DNA from: an uncultured Elusimicrobiales bacterium
Lineage (GTDB): Bacteria; Elusimicrobiota; Elusimicrobia; Elusimicrobiales; Elusimicrobiaceae
NCBI GenBank assembly: GCA_944324115.1
Contig: CALUVB010000010.1
Location: 11,002-75,001, forward strand
Direction of reading: 5' to 3'
Length of the DNA: 64,000 nt
Shown piece after piece: positions 10,317-19,939 of the stretch. Under the pieces are notes generated by a model. It saw nothing but the letters and a program-made list of their open reading frames with translations. It had not been told where the DNA came from and searched no databases. The position numbers and the translations under genes were made by a program. Positions within the stretch are counted from its first letter, which is position 1. Every line of letters starts with the position of its first letter.

Positions 10317-10344
10317 TCCTGCGTGTAAAAATTTTGTAAAATAG

Positions 10345-11400
<1,056 letters not shown>

Positions 11401-11413
11401 TCTGTCTTACAAG

Positions 11414-11445
11414 CAAAGGCGGCTTGCAAAAGCCGCCTTTGTTTT
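11414..11445 (+). terminator. Hairpin between gap and pgk (partial terminator or stability element)
   Basis: CAAAGGCGGCTT-gcaa-AAGCCGCCTTTG followed by tttt. Confidence 0.65.
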
Positions 11446-11471
11446 ATCTGAAGGAAGAAGGGGTGAAAGAA

Positions 11472-12665
11472 ATGAATTTTGACAGCATTAAAAAAGTGCA
11501 AGATGTAGATTTGAAAAATAAAAAAGTATTGGTGCGCGTGGACTACAACGTGCCCCTTAAAGACGGAAAAGTGGACAACAACAAACGTATCGTCGCTACC
11601 GAAAAAACCATCAAACATCTGCTGGATAACAACTGCCGCATCGTTTTGATGGCTCACTTGGGCCGCCCCAAAGGCAAAGTAGCGCCGGAATTTAGCTTGG
11701 CTCCGGTGGCGGAAGAAGTGCAGAGAGTGTTCGGCGTGCCCGTGCACTTTGCCAAAGACTGCGTCGGCCCGGAAGCTGACAAAGTAGTGGAAAGCGCCAA
11801 AAACGGCGAAATCGTACTCTTGGAAAATCTGCGCTTCCACCCCGAAGAAGAAAAGAATGACCCCGAATTTGCCAAACAGCTGGCCAAACATGGAGAAGTG
11901 TTTGTGCAGGAAGCGTTCGGCACCGTGCACCGCGCCCACGCCTCTACCAGCGCCATTGCGCAGTATTTGCCGGGCTCTATGGGCTTCTTGGTGCAGAAAG
12001 AAGTGGAATTTTTGGGCAAAGCGCTCAATAATCCGGCCCGCCCGTTTGCAGCTGTCATCGGCGGGGCAAAAGTGTCCGACAAAATCATGCTGCTCAATAA
12101 TTTGCTGGACAAAGTCAATGTGCTTATCATCGGCGGCGGTATGGCCTATACTTTCCTGAAAGCCAAAGGCATGGAAGTGGGCAAATCGCTGTTAGATGAG
12201 AGCAAAATTGAAGAAGCCAAACAGGTGATGGCAAAAGCCGAAGCCAAAGGCGTCAAAATGCTGATGCCGGTGGATTTCCGCTTGGCTAAGGAATTCTCCG
12301 AAACCGCAGAAGCCGTCGTGTCTGATACCATTCCCGCAGACATGGAAGGTATGGATATCGGTCCGAAAACTGAAAAATTGTTTGCAGATGAATTGCTCAA
12401 ATGCAAAACGATTTTCTGGAACGGCCCCATGGGCGTGTTTGAATTCCCCAATTTCGCCGCAGGCAGCTACGCCATCGCCAACGCGATGATTGAAGCCACC
12501 AAAAATGGCGCCATTTCCATCATCGGCGGCGGAGACAGCGTCAACGTGCTCAAAAAAGGTAAAATTGACCAGAAGGCGTTTTCGCACGTTTCCACGGGCG
12601 GCGGCGCCAGTATGGAATTTGTGGAAGGCAAAGAATTGCCCGGACTCGTTGCTTTGACGAAATAA
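11472..12665 (+). CDS. pgk: Phosphoglycerate kinase
   Basis: VRVDYNVP, HLGRP, ENLRF, GGAKVSDK, STGGGAS motifs. The ATG at 11472 follows aggaagaaggggtga. Confidence 0.99.
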   Translation: MNFDSIKKVQDVDLKNKKVLVRVDYNVPLKDGKVDNNKRIVATEKTIKHLLDNNCRIVLMAHLGRPKGKVAPEFSLAPVAEEVQRVFGVPVHFAKDCVGPEADKVVESAKNGEIVLLENLRFHPEEEKNDPEFAKQLAKHGEVFVQEAFGTVHRAHASTSAIAQYLPGSMGFLVQKEVEFLGKALNNPARPFAAVIGGAKVSDKIMLLNNLLDKVNVLIIGGGMAYTFLKAKGMEVGKSLLDESKIEEAKQVMAKAEAKGVKMLMPVDFRLAKEFSETAEAVVSDTIPADMEGMDIGPKTEKLFADELLKCKTIFWNGPMGVFEFPNFAAGSYAIANAMIEATKNGAISIIGGGDSVNVLKKGKIDQKAFSHVSTGGGASMEFVEGKELPGLVALTK

Positions 12666-12998
12666 ATCCGACACAAACAAATCCCTCCGCGTAAGCGGGG
12701 GGATTTTTATTTCATACGGGCAAAGAATTGCCCGGACTCGTTGCTTTGACGAAATAAATCCGACACAAACAAATCCCTCCGCGTAAGCGGGGGATTTTTA
12801 TTTCATACGGGCAAAGAATTGCCCGGTTTGGTCGCTTTGACCAAATAAGGCAAATCTTTGGGCTTACCCCTAATATAACACAAACCGGGCCCTGTTGTTG
12901 GGGCCCGGTCTATTTTTGTCCAAAGAATTGCCCGGGTTTTGCCACTTGGACCAAACAACCCTGACACAAACAAATCCCTCCGTTTATTAAGAGGGATT
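12627..12998 (+). repeat. Four successive copies of the pgk 3' end plus terminator
   Basis: The core CAAAGAATTGCCCGG recurs at 12629, 12721, 12812 and 12921. Units 1 and 2 (92 and 91 bp) differ by one G; units 3 and 4 are diverged. Each unit carries a hairpin. Confidence 0.95.
12679..12708 (+). terminator. pgk terminator (first copy)
   Basis: AAATCCCTCCGC-gtaa-GCGGGGGGATTTTT. Confidence 0.8.
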
Positions 12999-13033
12999 AG
13001 CTAAACAAAAACTGTTCACAAAAACTATTTATG

Positions 13034-13579
13034 CTATTGAATTCTGCAATAATATGATTTTCCATTTTCATGATCAATAAATTGAGAACTTGAGCATATG
13101 GCGGCACAAATTGTTTTTGCTTGGGCATTCCGGGCTACACAAGCATAGCCCCCAACATAAGAATAATAAATATAATAATCCGTCACCTCATTCCCGTTGC
13201 TGTTTCGGGAAGCGACAATCTCAAATCCTTCTTGTCCATCTCCGATATTATGCACATCATAAGTGAAGTTAGAGAGCACCATTTTTCCGCCATCATTTAT
13301 TTCACCATTTAACTGCAAATCCAACAGAGTTAAATCTGTCGTAGCTATGCCGTTAGACATCTGATAAACTTTCTCTGCAGTTACCAAGGCGCGCAAATTA
13401 GTTACAGCCTCCACTGCACGGGCCCGTTCCACCGCTTTAGTATATTGCGGCAGGCCAATGGCGGCTAATATGCCGATGATTAGCACCACCACCAAAAGCT
13501 CAACAAGCGTAAAACCGCCTAAACGGCGTTTTCCGAGTTTTATTACGTCGGAGATGTTTTTTTGACACATGTTATCCAT
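13034..13579 (-). CDS. Type IV pilin, PilE-like
   Basis: Class III signal G|FTLVE, hydrophobic helix LLVVVLIIGILAAIGLP, QYTKAVERAR, C-terminal Cys residues. Start placed at ATG 13579; ATG 13570 is an alternative. Confidence 0.92.
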   Translation of the reverse strand: MDNMCQKNISDVIKLGKRRLGGFTLVELLVVVLIIGILAAIGLPQYTKAVERARAVEAVTNLRALVTAEKVYQMSNGIATTDLTLLDLQLNGEINDGGKMVLSNFTYDVHNIGDGQEGFEIVASRNSNGNEVTDYYIYYSYVGGYACVARNAQAKTICAAICSSSQFIDHENGKSYYCRIQ

Positions 13580-13585
13580 ATGCAA

Positions 13586-13613
13586 AATTTATCAAAAAAA
13601 AAAAATGAGTCAA
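13586..13613 (-). promoter_or_regulatory. Candidate pilin promoter with a T12 tract in the spacer
   Basis: Minus strand TTGACT (13613-13608), 16-nt spacer ca-T12-ga, TAAATT (13591-13586). Confidence 0.65.
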
Positions 13614-13694
13614 GGCCATTCCATTGCGTGCACATTCATCTGACAAAATTTGTATAATAAATATGTTACTTTTACAGGAGAGATAGATAATTGT

Positions 13695-13991
13695 ATGCAA
13701 ACGCTTCTTCTTATTATTCATTATTTTGCGTGTGTCCTTTTGATTTTACTCGTCTTATTGCAAAGCGGCAAAGGATCCGCCGCCGGCATTTTTGGTGCTT
13801 CGGGCGCGGATAATATTTTTGCCAGTCCTACCGCTTTCAATGCCGTGAATAAATTGACGGCCGCCTTGGCTGTATTACTTTTTATAACTTCCGTTTTATT
13901 GACGATATCTTATAACAGCAAGGCTTCGTCTTCTGTATTAGACAAAGTTAATCTTCCTGTCCAGACGGCTCCAGCCACCCCGGACAAATAA
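13695..13991 (+). CDS. secG: Preprotein translocase subunit SecG
   Basis: LILLVLLQSGKG...G.FG and LNKLT-like second TM helix. RBS caggag. Confidence 0.93.
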   Translation: MQTLLLIIHYFACVLLILLVLLQSGKGSAAGIFGASGADNIFASPTAFNAVNKLTAALAVLLFITSVLLTISYNSKASSSVLDKVNLPVQTAPATPDK

Positions 13992-14005
13992 AATTTTCTT
14001 ACCCG

Positions 14006-14032
14006 AACCCGCGCCCAAAGCGCGGGTTTTTT
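14006..14032 (+). terminator. secG terminator
   Basis: AACCCGCGC-ccaaa-GCGCGGGTTTTTT. Confidence 0.8.
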
Positions 14033-14081
14033 GTTGTCTTCTTGCGCAGGATATGGGATAATAGCGTATCGAGGAGAAAAA

Positions 14082-14615
14082 ATGACAGAAAAAAAGATTG
14101 TGTTAGCCCCGCTGCTGCCAGCCCAACGGCCTCAATTCATAAAAGACTTACAGGAAGCATTTTCCTTGGAGCTGAAAAAAAACTTTAAGATTACGGAACC
14201 TTTTCCTCCAAAAGAAGAAGTAGAAGCTGTCATCTGTAACTCTGAAAATGATGTGTATCATATTCTTTCCAACGGACAAAAAATTGGCGGAGCCGTGGTA
14301 AAATATATTGCGCCCCCAAAACAGGGATTTTTGGAATTATTTTTTATTCTTCCTAAAGAACACGGCAAAGGCTTGGGGAGGCAGGCTTGGCAAGCCATAG
14401 AAGCACACTATCCACAGGCAAAAACATGGGAACTGGTTACTCCGTATTTTGAGAAACGAAACATTCATTTTTACGTCAACAAATGCGGCTTTCATATTGT
14501 AGAATTCGTCAACAAATACCATTCCTCATCAAACCCACATTACCACTTGTCAGAAGGGGAAAATCCTTTAGGTCGGAACGAATTTTTTCGTTTTAAAAAA
14601 GTAGTAAAGCGTTGA
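14082..14615 (+). CDS. GNAT family N-acetyltransferase
   Basis: Acetyl-CoA motif EHGKGLGRQAW and TPYFEKRNIHFYVNKCGFHIVEF. RBS gaggag. Confidence 0.88.
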   Translation: MTEKKIVLAPLLPAQRPQFIKDLQEAFSLELKKNFKITEPFPPKEEVEAVICNSENDVYHILSNGQKIGGAVVKYIAPPKQGFLELFFILPKEHGKGLGRQAWQAIEAHYPQAKTWELVTPYFEKRNIHFYVNKCGFHIVEFVNKYHSSSNPHYHLSEGENPLGRNEFFRFKKVVKR

Positions 14616-14626
14616 AACAGAAAACC

Positions 14627-14650
14627 GGTAGCGTTTTTGGTAGCGTTTTT
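14627..14650. repeat. Perfect tandem 12-bp direct repeat (GGTAGCGTTTTT x2)
   Basis: Read directly at 14627-14638 and 14639-14650, about 120 bp beyond the tRNA-Leu 3' end. Confidence 0.9.
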
Positions 14651-14767
14651 TAAGAAAAAAAAGCGTTTCCTTCGTTTCCTATTGTTTCCGTTTTGTTCCT
14701 TTCCTGTATAGGGGAAATGGGCACAAAAAAGCCCCTTCTATTGCTAGAAAGGGCTTGTATAGTGAAG

Positions 14768-14849
14768 TGCGCGGGGGGGGACTCGAACCCCCAAGCCGTG
14801 AGGCATGCGCCCCTCAAACGCACGCGTATACCAATTCCGCCACCCGCGC
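14768..14849 (-). tRNA. tRNA-Leu (anticodon GAG)
   Basis: Acceptor GCGCGGG/CCCGCGC, anticodon arm TGCGT-TTGAGGG-GCGCA, long variable arm, T-loop TTCGAGT. CCA not encoded. Confidence 0.96.
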
Positions 14850-15023
14850 TACAAATCGTTTATCCTACAAGGGAAATGCACCCTAGGTGCTTGTATATTT
14901 TAGCAAAATTAATCCCCGCTGGCAAAGACTCTACGAAAAAACTCGCAAAAAACAAAAATTTTCCCGTCGGAAAACAACTCCGTATTTTGATATAATTTAT
15001 ATATCTTTTAATTCGGAGCATTC

Positions 15024-15911
15024 ATGAATCCTCTGCTGGCTACTTGGTTATGCTGGGCTATTGTAGGCGCCTCCCCTATTGCGGGCCGGTATGCTGTAGG
15101 TGTCATCAGCCCGGTGTTACTGGTATTTTTAGGCACTTTAACCGCAATAGCTTTTTTTGCTCCGTGGTTGACTCACCATCATAAATGGGGGGAGCTGTTC
15201 GCTCCACAGACTCGTTGGCAATTCCTATTTATCGGTACATTTGGTACGGCATTGCCTTTCTCTATATTACTTTGGGCGCTGCATTACACCACACCGGGCA
15301 ATGCTGCTATTTTGCAACAGTCGGAACTTATATACTCCCTCTTAATTGCGGGATTATTCTTAAAAGAAATTCCTTCCAAACAGCAGCTTGCAGGAAGCCT
15401 TTTGATCTTAGCCGGGGTGGTGCTTATCTTGCTCAAAGAGCAATATACGCCGCGCTGGAAAGGAGATTTAATGGTAGTGGGCTGCACCTGGATGTTGCAG
15501 GCGGCCTCTTGTGCCGCCAAACGATTGCCCCGACACCTAGACCACCATGTTATCGCGGCAGCTCGCAATATATACGCCTTGCCGGCACTGATGCTTATCT
15601 TGTTTCTGCTGGGCAGCACTACGCAGGGAACATTTACCTTAAAACCTGCCATTACAACCGTGTGGGTACTTCTATACACGGGTATTTTTAAATACGGCTG
15701 GGCCATGATTTTATGGTACCAAGCTATCCGCGCGCTGGATTTGGGCAAAGTAACCGCTATTTATTTGTCATACCCCGTTTTGTCTTTTATTTTATCTTTG
15801 ATGTTAGGATTTGAACATTTGCATTTCTATCAGCTGCTTGGATTAACGCTTACGCTGACGGGTGCATACTGGGTCACTCTTATCGTCAAAAAACAACAGG
15901 AGCATTCATGA
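15024..15911 (+). CDS. EamA/DMT family transporter
   Basis: About 10 TM helices with duplicated EamA halves; YTTPGNAAILQQ and LKE motifs. Confidence 0.9.
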   Translation: MNPLLATWLCWAIVGASPIAGRYAVGVISPVLLVFLGTLTAIAFFAPWLTHHHKWGELFAPQTRWQFLFIGTFGTALPFSILLWALHYTTPGNAAILQQSELIYSLLIAGLFLKEIPSKQQLAGSLLILAGVVLILLKEQYTPRWKGDLMVVGCTWMLQAASCAAKRLPRHLDHHVIAAARNIYALPALMLILFLLGSTTQGTFTLKPAITTVWVLLYTGIFKYGWAMILWYQAIRALDLGKVTAIYLSYPVLSFILSLMLGFEHLHFYQLLGLTLTLTGAYWVTLIVKKQQEHS

Positions 15912-16801
15912 AAAAATTCTCACCCGTGGCTGCCATTTGGATAGCGTGGTTTGTTACCGCAGCCAACTTGGTAGTTGCGAAATACGCCGTACCTTATATT
16001 ACCTCCGCTTTATTCATATTTTTAAGCTGTGCCGGAGCCGTTGTACTTTTTACGCCCTATTTGATAAAAACCGGAGGCTGGAAAGTCATTTTTAATCGCA
16101 AGCTTTTTTGGCAATTTTTGGGACTGGGCACATTGGGTACGGCCCTGCCTATGACGGTATTTATGATTGCTTTAAACTATACGACCCCAACCAATGGCGC
16201 CATTTTAAACCAATTTGAAATCGTTTATTCCATTATTCTTTCTTGGCTGCTCTTAAAAGAACGCCCCACCACCAAACAAATAGGCGGATCTGCTTTGGTA
16301 ATTATTGGCGTAACATTACTTTTATGGCAGGCAGGCTTTTCCGTACAGCTCAAAGGGGATTTGATGATTGTAGGCTGTCTGTGGATGTTCCAATTAAGCC
16401 ATATCTTTGCAAAAAAATTACCTTCAACTATGGAACCGGCCCAAATAGCGGCCGCGCGGGCTTTGTTTGCGCTGCCGGCCTTGTTTTTGCTTATAATATA
16501 CGTAGCTGCCACCCAAGAATTAGTATTTCAACCCGCGCCGGTTTTGTGGTGGACTTTGGCCTTTAGCGCTGTAATTAATTATTTTGCGGGCAACACATTT
16601 TGGTATTACGCCATACGCCATATGGATTTGAGCAAGGCGTCTGCTATTATTTTGTCTTACCCGGTAATGACGTTTGTTTTGTCCGTCTTGCTGGGATTGG
16701 ACAAAATTACTGTTTTCAAAGTGCTCGGGTTGGTGCTGGCCATGGCCGGCGCATATATCGTGACGGGCATTGTCAGTAAACAAGGAGAAGCTACGAAATG
16801 A
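15908..16801 (+). CDS. EamA/DMT family transporter (paralog)
   Basis: Same architecture (YTTPTNGAILNQ); ATGA overlap with the preceding gene. Confidence 0.9.
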   Translation: MKKFSPVAAIWIAWFVTAANLVVAKYAVPYITSALFIFLSCAGAVVLFTPYLIKTGGWKVIFNRKLFWQFLGLGTLGTALPMTVFMIALNYTTPTNGAILNQFEIVYSIILSWLLLKERPTTKQIGGSALVIIGVTLLLWQAGFSVQLKGDLMIVGCLWMFQLSHIFAKKLPSTMEPAQIAAARALFALPALFLLIIYVAATQELVFQPAPVLWWTLAFSAVINYFAGNTFWYYAIRHMDLSKASAIILSYPVMTFVLSVLLGLDKITVFKVLGLVLAMAGAYIVTGIVSKQGEATK

Positions 16802-17646
16802 AAAAGTTGGTACTTTTTGATTTAGACGGGACATTGGTATATGCCGGAGGCGCGGGGCGAACTGCACTAACCAAAGCCATGAAAGAACTTTACGGCAAGG
16901 AACCAAAATTTGAACACAGCCTCATTTCCGGACGCACGGATACGGATAATTTCGCTTTAGTATATAAATTGCTTACAGGAAAAAAGGCCAGCGCGGCAGA
17001 AATTAAAAAAATCCACAAAAAATATCTGGAAATTCTGCCCGAAGAAGTAAATAAGGCCTGTAAGAAAAAAACATACAAATTAGTTCCCGGCGTAAAAAAA
17101 CTATTGCAAAAACTGGCCCAGGAAAAGAATATAATAATGGGACTGGGAACCGGGAATATTGAAGCAGGCGCCCGAATTAAGCTGGAACCCTCCGGACTGC
17201 TGTCTTACTTTGTATGCGGCGGTTATGGAGAAGATGGACATACCCGGGAAGATATGCTCAAAGCCGCCGTAAAACGGGCCGAAAAGAAATGCAAAATTTC
17301 TTTCAGTCCCGACCAAGTTTACGTGGTAGGCGATACGCATCGCGACGTATGCGCCGCTAAAAACTGCGGCTATCACAGCGCAGCCATTACTTCAGGTTTC
17401 GGCGACGCGGCGTTATTGCAGCGGGCAGCGGCAGAGTTGGAAATTAAAAATTTCAATGACTGGAAAACTTTTTACGTTTGGTTAGGGCTCAATGCAGACC
17501 CTAAAGGCGTAAAACGCGGCATCTATATTTCGCCGGCCAGCGCTATTGAGCATGTTTTTTTCAGCCGCACGGGAATAGATGAGGATCGTTTAAAAATGCT
17601 TCGCATCAAAAAATATTCAGATTTGCCCTCCGGCACGATTATGTAG
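16798..17646 (+). CDS. HAD-superfamily hydrolase (phosphoglycolate phosphatase-like) with C-terminal extension
   Basis: FDLDGTL, GTGN, VVGDTHRDV motifs; ATGA overlap. Confidence 0.88.
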   Translation: MKKLVLFDLDGTLVYAGGAGRTALTKAMKELYGKEPKFEHSLISGRTDTDNFALVYKLLTGKKASAAEIKKIHKKYLEILPEEVNKACKKKTYKLVPGVKKLLQKLAQEKNIIMGLGTGNIEAGARIKLEPSGLLSYFVCGGYGEDGHTREDMLKAAVKRAEKKCKISFSPDQVYVVGDTHRDVCAAKNCGYHSAAITSGFGDAALLQRAAAELEIKNFNDWKTFYVWLGLNADPKGVKRGIYISPASAIEHVFFSRTGIDEDRLKMLRIKKYSDLPSGTIM

Positions 17647-17692
17647 CAAAGTCGGCTGAATTAGGCACTATACGCAGAAAGTAAGGATTTTT

Positions 17693-18262
17693 ATGGAATG
17701 GTTTAAAGCAGCAGAAAAATTTAATCAGGCACTGGCATCTTCCGATCCGACTCCGGGCGGGGGGGCCGCCGCGGCTATGGCAGCCGCGATGGGCTGCTCG
17801 TTGGCATTGATGGCAGCCCAGACTACAGTAAACAGAAAAAACACCGCTGCCGAAATTAAAAACAAATTGGAACAGCATATACGCAAACTGGGCGCTTTAA
17901 AAGGCCAGCTGAACAATTATATTCAAGAAGACGGAGCCGCTTACAGTGCTTATCTGGTAGCCAAAAAACTGCCTAAAGAAGATGCAGACCGCCAAAAAGC
18001 CATGCAAGATTCACTGATATATGCGGCACGCATACCGGCAGACACCGCCACAACGGCCATACAGTGTTTGCGTGAAATTGACCTAATAAAAGACCATATT
18101 GCCCCTATTATTATGTCGGATATTTTTTGCGCCCAGCATTTACTTAAAAGTGCGGTGCGCTGCTGTGTGGAAAACATCAAGGCCAATTTAGAACTTATCA
18201 AAGACGACGACTGGCAGAAAAAATTCCGCCAGCATATTGAGGTATTTTTAAAATCCTGTTAA
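17693..18262 (+). CDS. Cyclodeaminase/cyclohydrolase family protein (FTCD C-terminal-like)
   Basis: LASSDPTPGGGAAAA...MGCSLALM motif; IQEDGAAYSAY. Confidence 0.88.
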   Translation: MEWFKAAEKFNQALASSDPTPGGGAAAAMAAAMGCSLALMAAQTTVNRKNTAAEIKNKLEQHIRKLGALKGQLNNYIQEDGAAYSAYLVAKKLPKEDADRQKAMQDSLIYAARIPADTATTAIQCLREIDLIKDHIAPIIMSDIFCAQHLLKSAVRCCVENIKANLELIKDDDWQKKFRQHIEVFLKSC

Positions 18263-18275
18263 AAGGCGAGAGGAT

Positions 18276-19841
18276 ATGACTGAAAAAGCAAGCAAGCGCA
18301 GCGGCATGCTGGGCACCATTTACAAAATGCTTCCTAATATTGACGACGACTATGCCGCCAAACTTGTCTATACATTGGAAAATAAGAAGTCTCTGCCGCG
18401 CTTAGAGCAAGACATTGCAGATATTGCCGCCCAACTGGGGGAGGCTAGCGCTATGTCAGACACCATTGTAGCGAAAATGCTTTTAGATGAGATTACCCTG
18501 CCGGCCGCTTTGCGCCAGCTGCGCGTGTACAATAATGCCGTATCTGTCATAGAGCTGACAGGTGCATTAGACACGCCGCCTGAAGCGACGGATTTGCTGC
18601 TTAACTATTATGCGGCGTTTGGGGCGAGGCGTTTCTTTGATGTAGAATTTGCCCACGCCCTTAAAGATGTGCGCGACGATAAAACCATGTCAGACGCAGA
18701 CAAGGCACAACATGCATTAGACCGCCTTATCCTGCAAGCGCAAAAAGATTTGCCGGCCAATGAAAAATTGCAGGAGAAAAACAAAAAAGCCATCTACCAA
18801 GCCGCCGACAAATATCATCTTTCCGTCAAAATCACGGCTGCTTTGCTTGCCATTTATACAGTACCCGGCGCGGCGGATTTTGACGATGCTTTTGCCAAAC
18901 TGATGAAAAGCCTGTCTAAAATAAATGAAGATGACAAACTCTGCGCTTCGCTGGCTGCCAAAGCGCTGTTGTGTCAAATCACCCAAAAAGACGCCCAAGA
19001 CATCGCCTTGACTTCCAAATTGGTAAAAGGACAAATCTTGGAAGAAGATTTGATGATTATTGCCTGCCGTTATTTAAAAGTGAAAACTCCGCAGGACATT
19101 CAAGATACTTTTGAAGCGGTGCTGGCGCGTTTGCCGCACGTTAATCAAAAAGAAGAAAATTTAGGTTTAGCCGTACAAGTCATTTTAGACGGTACGGAGC
19201 CCACCTTTGAAAAAGCCCAACAAAAAGCCGGTCTGCGCAGAGAGCGTATTTTGCTGCGTAAAGCTTTAGCCAAAAAAGAAGCGTACAGCGGCTACGAATA
19301 TGATTTGGCGGATCGTTTCGCCGGACAAAAAACGTTTGTACAAATTGAGCGGGAAATGAACGAATTGCTCACCCATTTACCCCATTGTCAAGACGAAATG
19401 GAAAACAAAGAATTGGCATGCAAAGTAATATTGGGTACATTAAGCAAAGAAGAAGCCTATAAACAAGCTTCCTATTTGCGCGACTTAAAAGCCCAAACTT
19501 TGACCCAAGGATTAGCCCCGCAGGCATTAAAAAGCTATTTAGGCACGAAACCAGCCAAAGAATTGTTGGCTTTCTTTGAAAAATCCCTTGCCCCTTATAC
19601 ATTCTGGAAATCGGACCAGACAAAACACGAGTTCGCTTTGCAAGCTTTGGTGGGGGAATTGAACGGGACATCAGACAGACGGATTTCCACTTTTGTATTA
19701 GATATGCTGGAGAATGGATCCTCCTTGGAATTGGTAGGAGACATGATGGCCAATATACAAGCCCACAAAACCTCTGCACAAGAGGTGGAACAGCTGCTGG
19801 AAAACTACAAAAAAGCGTGTGTGGCCAGCAAAGAGGCATAA
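18276..19841 (+). CDS. Hypothetical alpha-helical protein with internal repeats
   Basis: 521-aa ORF with RBS gagagg; repeated LxxLPH....EN..LA..V.L segments. Confidence 0.8.
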   Translation: MTEKASKRSGMLGTIYKMLPNIDDDYAAKLVYTLENKKSLPRLEQDIADIAAQLGEASAMSDTIVAKMLLDEITLPAALRQLRVYNNAVSVIELTGALDTPPEATDLLLNYYAAFGARRFFDVEFAHALKDVRDDKTMSDADKAQHALDRLILQAQKDLPANEKLQEKNKKAIYQAADKYHLSVKITAALLAIYTVPGAADFDDAFAKLMKSLSKINEDDKLCASLAAKALLCQITQKDAQDIALTSKLVKGQILEEDLMIIACRYLKVKTPQDIQDTFEAVLARLPHVNQKEENLGLAVQVILDGTEPTFEKAQQKAGLRRERILLRKALAKKEAYSGYEYDLADRFAGQKTFVQIEREMNELLTHLPHCQDEMENKELACKVILGTLSKEEAYKQASYLRDLKAQTLTQGLAPQALKSYLGTKPAKELLAFFEKSLAPYTFWKSDQTKHEFALQALVGELNGTSDRRISTFVLDMLENGSSLELVGDMMANIQAHKTSAQEVEQLLENYKKACVASKEA

Positions 19842-19939
19842 GCTCTATACAAAATCAATAAAAAAGACTATTCAAAAGCAAGATAATTTGGTATGCTTGT
19901 ATCGTGACAGTTTATTTTTAAACGCTAGGGTGAAAAGAA

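Noticed and set aside
12627-12998. CRISPR interpretation of the pgk repeat stack
   Set aside because: The repeat is the pgk coding end, the intervening segments are not unique (units 1 and 2 are near-identical) and contain terminators, and there are no cas genes.
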